Shown here in pieces: positions 60,096 to 64,000 of a stretch of 64,000 nt of DNA (positions are counted from its first letter, which is position 1; the number at the start of each line of letters is the position of its first letter). The notes under the pieces were generated by a model. That model ran no database searches, was not told the origin of the DNA, and saw nothing but the letters and a program-made list of their open reading frames with translations. The stretch is from assembly GCA_965237485.1 (NCBI GenBank), contig CBDEFQ010000009.1:1241778-1305777 (forward strand), read 5' to 3'. A program made the position numbers and the translations under genes. Origin of the DNA: Candidatus Poriferihabitaceae bacterium (GTDB taxonomy: Bacteria > Pseudomonadota > Gammaproteobacteria > Arenicellales > Poriferihabitantaceae).

Positions 60096-61432
60096 AGTCT
60101 TGTCCAACATGAAATGATACCGAACTAATCTAATTTCTGTTCATGATGGTGAATGAATACCATTATGAATGACCACCATATAGATACCCTTGATAAGGCA
60201 CGCTTGTTGCTACAAGGCACTGATGAAATCGATCTGGCAATCGACGGTAAACGCAATCGCTATGATTTCATCAAACGCACCTTAATGCGTTTCAAATACA
60301 GCAAACTGGGTCGAGCCGATAAGGGTCTTGTGCTGCGTTATATCACACGCATCAGCGGTTACTCTTATGTGCAAGTGAAACGCCTGGCTGCCAGCTATCT
60401 CAAGCACGGTAGAATCCAGTGGCGACATCGTGCCACAAGGGGCTTTGCTAGACGCTATAGCAATCAAGACATTAAGCTTCTAGCAGATATGGATGAACTC
60501 CACGGTACGTTATCAGGCCATGCCACTAGGAAACTCTGTGAGCGCGCCCTATTGTCTATGAGCAAACTGAGTATGCCAACCTGGCACCTATCTCGGTTTC
60601 TCATCTATACAATCTACGCCGATCTAAACCCTACCAGAACAATCGCCGTCACTTTGAAAGACACATTCTAAGCCTTCTTCTATCGGCCAAAGACGTAAGC
60701 CACAGCCAGAAGGTCAACCTGGCTATAGCCGTGTAGATACAGTGCATCAGGGCGATAAGGACAAGGTTAAAGGGGTCTATCATATCAACGCCGTTGATGA
60801 GATCACCCCGTTTGAAGTCGTGTCTTCTACACAGAAAATATCAGAGCCATTCTTGATGCCTATTCTCACTCAAATGCTAGAGCAATTCCCCTTTGTGATT
60901 AAAGGCTTTCATGCCGATAATGGCAGTGAATACATTAACCAATCGGTGGTGCGATTGTTGAATAAGCTATTAATCGAGTTGACCCAATCCAGGGCTAGAC
61001 ACCGTAACGACCATGCCTTAGTTGAGTGCAACAATGGGGCCATCGTGCGCAAGCATCTTGGCTTCATGCATATCCCGCAAAAATATGCGCCTGAGATTAA
61101 TCAATTTGCCACCGACTTTCTTAACCCTTATTTGAATTATCACCGACCTTGTTTCTTCCCGCAGATCAGCACTAACAACAAAGGAAAACAAGTCAAAACC
61201 TATCCATATCGAAACATGATGACGCCTTATGAAAAACTCAAATCGTTGACCAATGCACAGTCATATCTTAAAACTCACATCTCGTTTATAATGCTTGACG
61301 ATATCGTTTATCAGATGACTGATAATGAGGCAGCAAAACAACTCAATGAGGAAAAAACTAAACTCTTTAAAAACATCTTTGAACAGAAATGACAATCAAC
61401 TTCTCGGTATCATTCCTGTATTGGAATAGACT
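60096..61432 (+). mobile_element. IS with rve-type DDE transposase, copy C (transposase frameshifted)
   Basis: 1337 bp with the same IRs and a 5-bp TSD TATCC (60091-60095 / 61433-61437). It lacks a 35-bp leader segment present in copies A and B. The ORFs 60153-60671 and 60742-61392 are in different frames. Confidence 0.88.
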
Positions 61433-61616
61433 TATCCAAGGTGGATGGAGCTAAATATCAACCATAAGTCGCATATGTTTAAGCAGAAGCCTAAAAATGC
61501 GTCAAAATTTCCGTTAGTTAAACGTAACAGGTTACATTTTCGAATAATTTTCCTGTTCCATCGCATTCCATTTTTAAAAGTGGATTGGTCACACTTAGTT
61601 TTAGCGAAACAAACTC

Positions 61617-62303
61617 ATGCAATCAGCACAAACAAAAGATAAAGATCAGCAACAAATGCGTCAGTGGTTGGCACAAAAACCCGACACCCAATCGGTGGCA
61701 CAGTTTGTGTCTGGCCCTGGAATCGAACGACTTGAGCTAAAGTTTGATATAGCGTTGCTTAAGGAGGCTTTAGAGCAAATTGCTCACACAGCAGATTTTC
61801 AAGGCGCACACCAAGACCAAGGCTTTGGAGCGATCCCGTTGACTCGACGTCCAGGAGTAGAGAGTTTCACAGAAACTGATTTGTCAGGCCGTTATTGGCT
61901 GCGTCCAGACGAGCGTTACGTTGAAGAGCCCCAAGAGGAGCTAGTGGATGAATTTGCATACAGTGAATTTGTCCCCGCTTATAAAGGCACTTACTTTGAA
62001 ACAGTGCATCAAGCCTTGGTAGAACGTTTCCCAATTGGGCGTATGCGCATTTTGCAAAAATCACTCTACAATTGTAATTCTTGGCATCGTGATCCTGAAC
62101 CACGCTTGCACATCCCAGTGATTTCAAACCCTGGGTCGTTGTTTATAGTCAATCATCATTGCACTCACTTGCCAGCTGATGGTTCGGTTTATTTTACTGA
62201 TACACGCGGTTATCACACTGCACTTAATGGTGGCCTATACCCAAGAGTTCACATTGTGGCTGCATTGCCTATGGAAAGCGACATGGCTAGTGATCATGGC
62301 TAG
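61617..62303 (+). CDS. aspartyl/asparaginyl beta-hydroxylase-like (cupin, Fe/2OG-type) protein
   Basis: The pattern WHRD..PRLHIPV..F.V..........YFTDTRGYHTALNGG..PRVHIV matches the HxD...RxHxP...H.A.N...R.H layout of the AspH family. Confidence 0.5.
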   Translation: MQSAQTKDKDQQQMRQWLAQKPDTQSVAQFVSGPGIERLELKFDIALLKEALEQIAHTADFQGAHQDQGFGAIPLTRRPGVESFTETDLSGRYWLRPDERYVEEPQEELVDEFAYSEFVPAYKGTYFETVHQALVERFPIGRMRILQKSLYNCNSWHRDPEPRLHIPVISNPGSLFIVNHHCTHLPADGSVYFTDTRGYHTALNGGLYPRVHIVAALPMESDMASDHG

Positions 62304-62318
62304 TGATCATGGCTAGTG
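62283..62318. repeat. 13-bp tandem repeat (ATGGCTAGTGATC x2 plus a partial third unit) spanning a gene junction
   Basis: Units lie at 62283-62295, 62296-62308 and 62309-62318 (partial). The array contains the upstream gene's TAG stop and the downstream gene's ATG. Confidence 0.85.
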
Positions 62319-63379
62319 CTTATCACTTGATGAAGCAGGCTAAGGCCGAAGCGACTACCGCGGGTAATGAAGAGTTGATTGACTTGCGTAGCGATACGGT
62401 GACACGTCCTAGCCCTGAAATGATGGAATGGATGATGCAAGCGCCTGTTGGTGATGATGTGTACGGTGAAGACATCAGCGTTAACTTGCTGGAAAATACT
62501 GCCGCGCAAATACTTGGTAAAGAAGCAGGTTTATTTGTGAGTAGTGGCACGCAAAGCAACCTTATTGCGTTGCTGAGCCATTGCGGGCGCGGTGATGAAT
62601 ATTTAGTCGGGGATAAATACCATATCTATATGGACGAAGCTGGCGGGCCTTCCGTGCTGGGGTCAATGGTTTGTTGCCCCTTGGTCACCGACAGCAATGG
62701 CGCCTTATCGGCTAATCAAATTACGCAATCTGTTAAAGACGACGACCCCCATTACGCCATTACCAAGTTGCTTTGCCTAGAAAATACGGTTTGGGGACGG
62801 GTTCAAAGTGTTGCGTCGATGACGCAACTGACTAATACGGCAAGGGCTGCAGGCTTGCTCTGTCATCTAGATGGTGCGCGAATAATGAACGCTGCGGTAG
62901 GTTCAAAGGCCGATCCCAAGGAAATCACTCAAGGATTTGACAGCGTATCAATGTGTTTGTCTAAAGGTCTGGGTGCGCCAGTGGGGTCGGTACTCTGCGG
63001 TTCTAAAGCATTTATTCGACGTGCGCGAAGAGTGAGAAAATTAGTGGGCGGTGGAATGCGCCAAGCAGGAGTACTTGCCGCATGTGGACTATACGCGCTA
63101 GAGCACAATATAGTTCGTTTGGCAGATGACCACGCTAAGGCCCAGAGATTGGTTTCGGGTTTGCAAGAGATTGAGCAACTGCGCGTCGAACAGCATACTA
63201 ATATGGTATTCGTCGAACCAGAAGAGCGCGACCGGTCTTCATTAATGGCGCACCTGCAGGATCATCAAATTCTGATCGGCGCACCCCTGCCCATCGCAAG
63301 ATTGGTTACCCATTTAGACACCAGCGAGGCTGATATAGACAAGGTTGTAGATGTGTTACGAGAGTTTTATCATCGTTAG
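62309..63379 (+). CDS. ltaE: low-specificity L-threonine aldolase
   Basis: It has the IDLRSDTVTRPS motif near the N-terminus, PLP-enzyme fold I features and a CLSKGLGAPVGS lysine region. The start is uncertain (62303 GTG, 62309 ATG or a later ATG). Confidence 0.8.
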   Translation: MASAYHLMKQAKAEATTAGNEELIDLRSDTVTRPSPEMMEWMMQAPVGDDVYGEDISVNLLENTAAQILGKEAGLFVSSGTQSNLIALLSHCGRGDEYLVGDKYHIYMDEAGGPSVLGSMVCCPLVTDSNGALSANQITQSVKDDDPHYAITKLLCLENTVWGRVQSVASMTQLTNTARAAGLLCHLDGARIMNAAVGSKADPKEITQGFDSVSMCLSKGLGAPVGSVLCGSKAFIRRARRVRKLVGGGMRQAGVLAACGLYALEHNIVRLADDHAKAQRLVSGLQEIEQLRVEQHTNMVFVEPEERDRSSLMAHLQDHQILIGAPLPIARLVTHLDTSEADIDKVVDVLREFYHR

Positions 63380-63391
63380 GTTGCATTAGAA

Positions 63392-64000
63392 CATGCCTTC
63401 CTCTCGTTTTTTTGAATTTACCCACTCTCTACAGTACGAGGATATTCCTACTGAAACCATCGCGTTCGCGCGTCGCTGTTTGTTGGACTTAGTCGGAGTT
63501 GCGGCAGCGGGCTCCAAAACACAGTTATCGCGCATCATTAACAATCATGCGGCACGACATTTTGCAGCTAGTGATAGCAGTGGCAGCGCAAAACTACTTT
63601 ATGATGCAAGAGAAGTTAGTCCGGTGGGCGCGGCATTAGCTAATGGAATGACCATCGATTCGGTTGACGCGCATGATGGTAACAAGCTGGTTAAAGGTCA
63701 TGTTGGGTGCGGAGTATTTCCTGCTGTGATGGCCTTGATGCAATCTCAGGCTAATAACGATGAACGAGAGTTTTTAACCAATCTTGTTATCGGCTATGAG
63801 TTGGGCACGCGGGCGGGCATTGCTTTGCATGCCAGTGCGAGTGACTATCACACATCCGGCGCATGGGTAGCGGTGGCTTGCGCAGGAATTGGAACCCGTT
63901 TATTGGGGCTAAATGAGCAGCAATCACGTGAGGCTATCGGCATTGCAGAATATCATGGCCCGCGCAGTCAAATGATGAGGGCAGTTGATTATCCAACCAT
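63392..64000 (+). CDS. MmgE/PrpD-family protein, N-terminal part (runs off the window end)
   Basis: My translation from the ATG at 63392 gives MPSSRFFEFTHSLQYEDIPTETIAFARRCLLDLVGVAAAGS..DSVDAHDG..GHVGCGVFPA.., typical of the PrpD/MmgE N-terminal domain. Confidence 0.7.

Noticed and set aside
61445-61642. 65-aa ORF between IS copy C and the AspH-like gene
   Set aside because: It has no motif, is Lys/Phe-rich with low complexity, and overlaps the likely promoter or 5' region of the next gene.

Overview
This is a chromosomal window from a gammaproteobacterium; the gene content looks marine, but I did not identify the organism. Conserved housekeeping blocks are heavily invaded by mobile DNA.

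Housekeeping blocks:
- gshA, dusA, asmA, trxB, ftsK and xthA
- a TRAP transporter operon
- xni, folE, fur, ubiI, ubiH, pepP and ygfB
- miaA, mutL, amiB, tsaE and queG
- an amino-acid ABC transporter with a GlxA/AraC regulator
- ltaE and a PrpD-family gene

Mobile DNA:
- Three copies of a 1.34-1.38 kb IS with an rve-type DDE transposase and 5-bp duplications. Only one has an intact reading frame.
- One IS3-family element.
- Four copies of a single-ORF IS66-family element. Two of them carry a nested IS5-family element.
- An IS256 fragment.
- Seven copies of a 163-bp foldback MITE in two subfamilies.

Main observations:
1. Two ~270-nt loci share a conserved core, but their three helices differ in sequence while keeping their pairing. 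This makes them a candidate structured RNA or an unusual mobile element.
2. All three independent MITE insertions lie in transposase reading frames, in the same orientation and codon phase. Each acts as an in-frame stop/restart cassette.
3. An IS66-bounded module of about 8.3/8.45 kb (lipoprotein, RND adaptor, decayed RND pump) is present twice in inverted orientation. The two copies bracket a 7.3-kb housekeeping core.

No CRISPR array, rRNA gene or recognisable defence operon was seen. All element boundaries were read by eye and may be off by a few bp.
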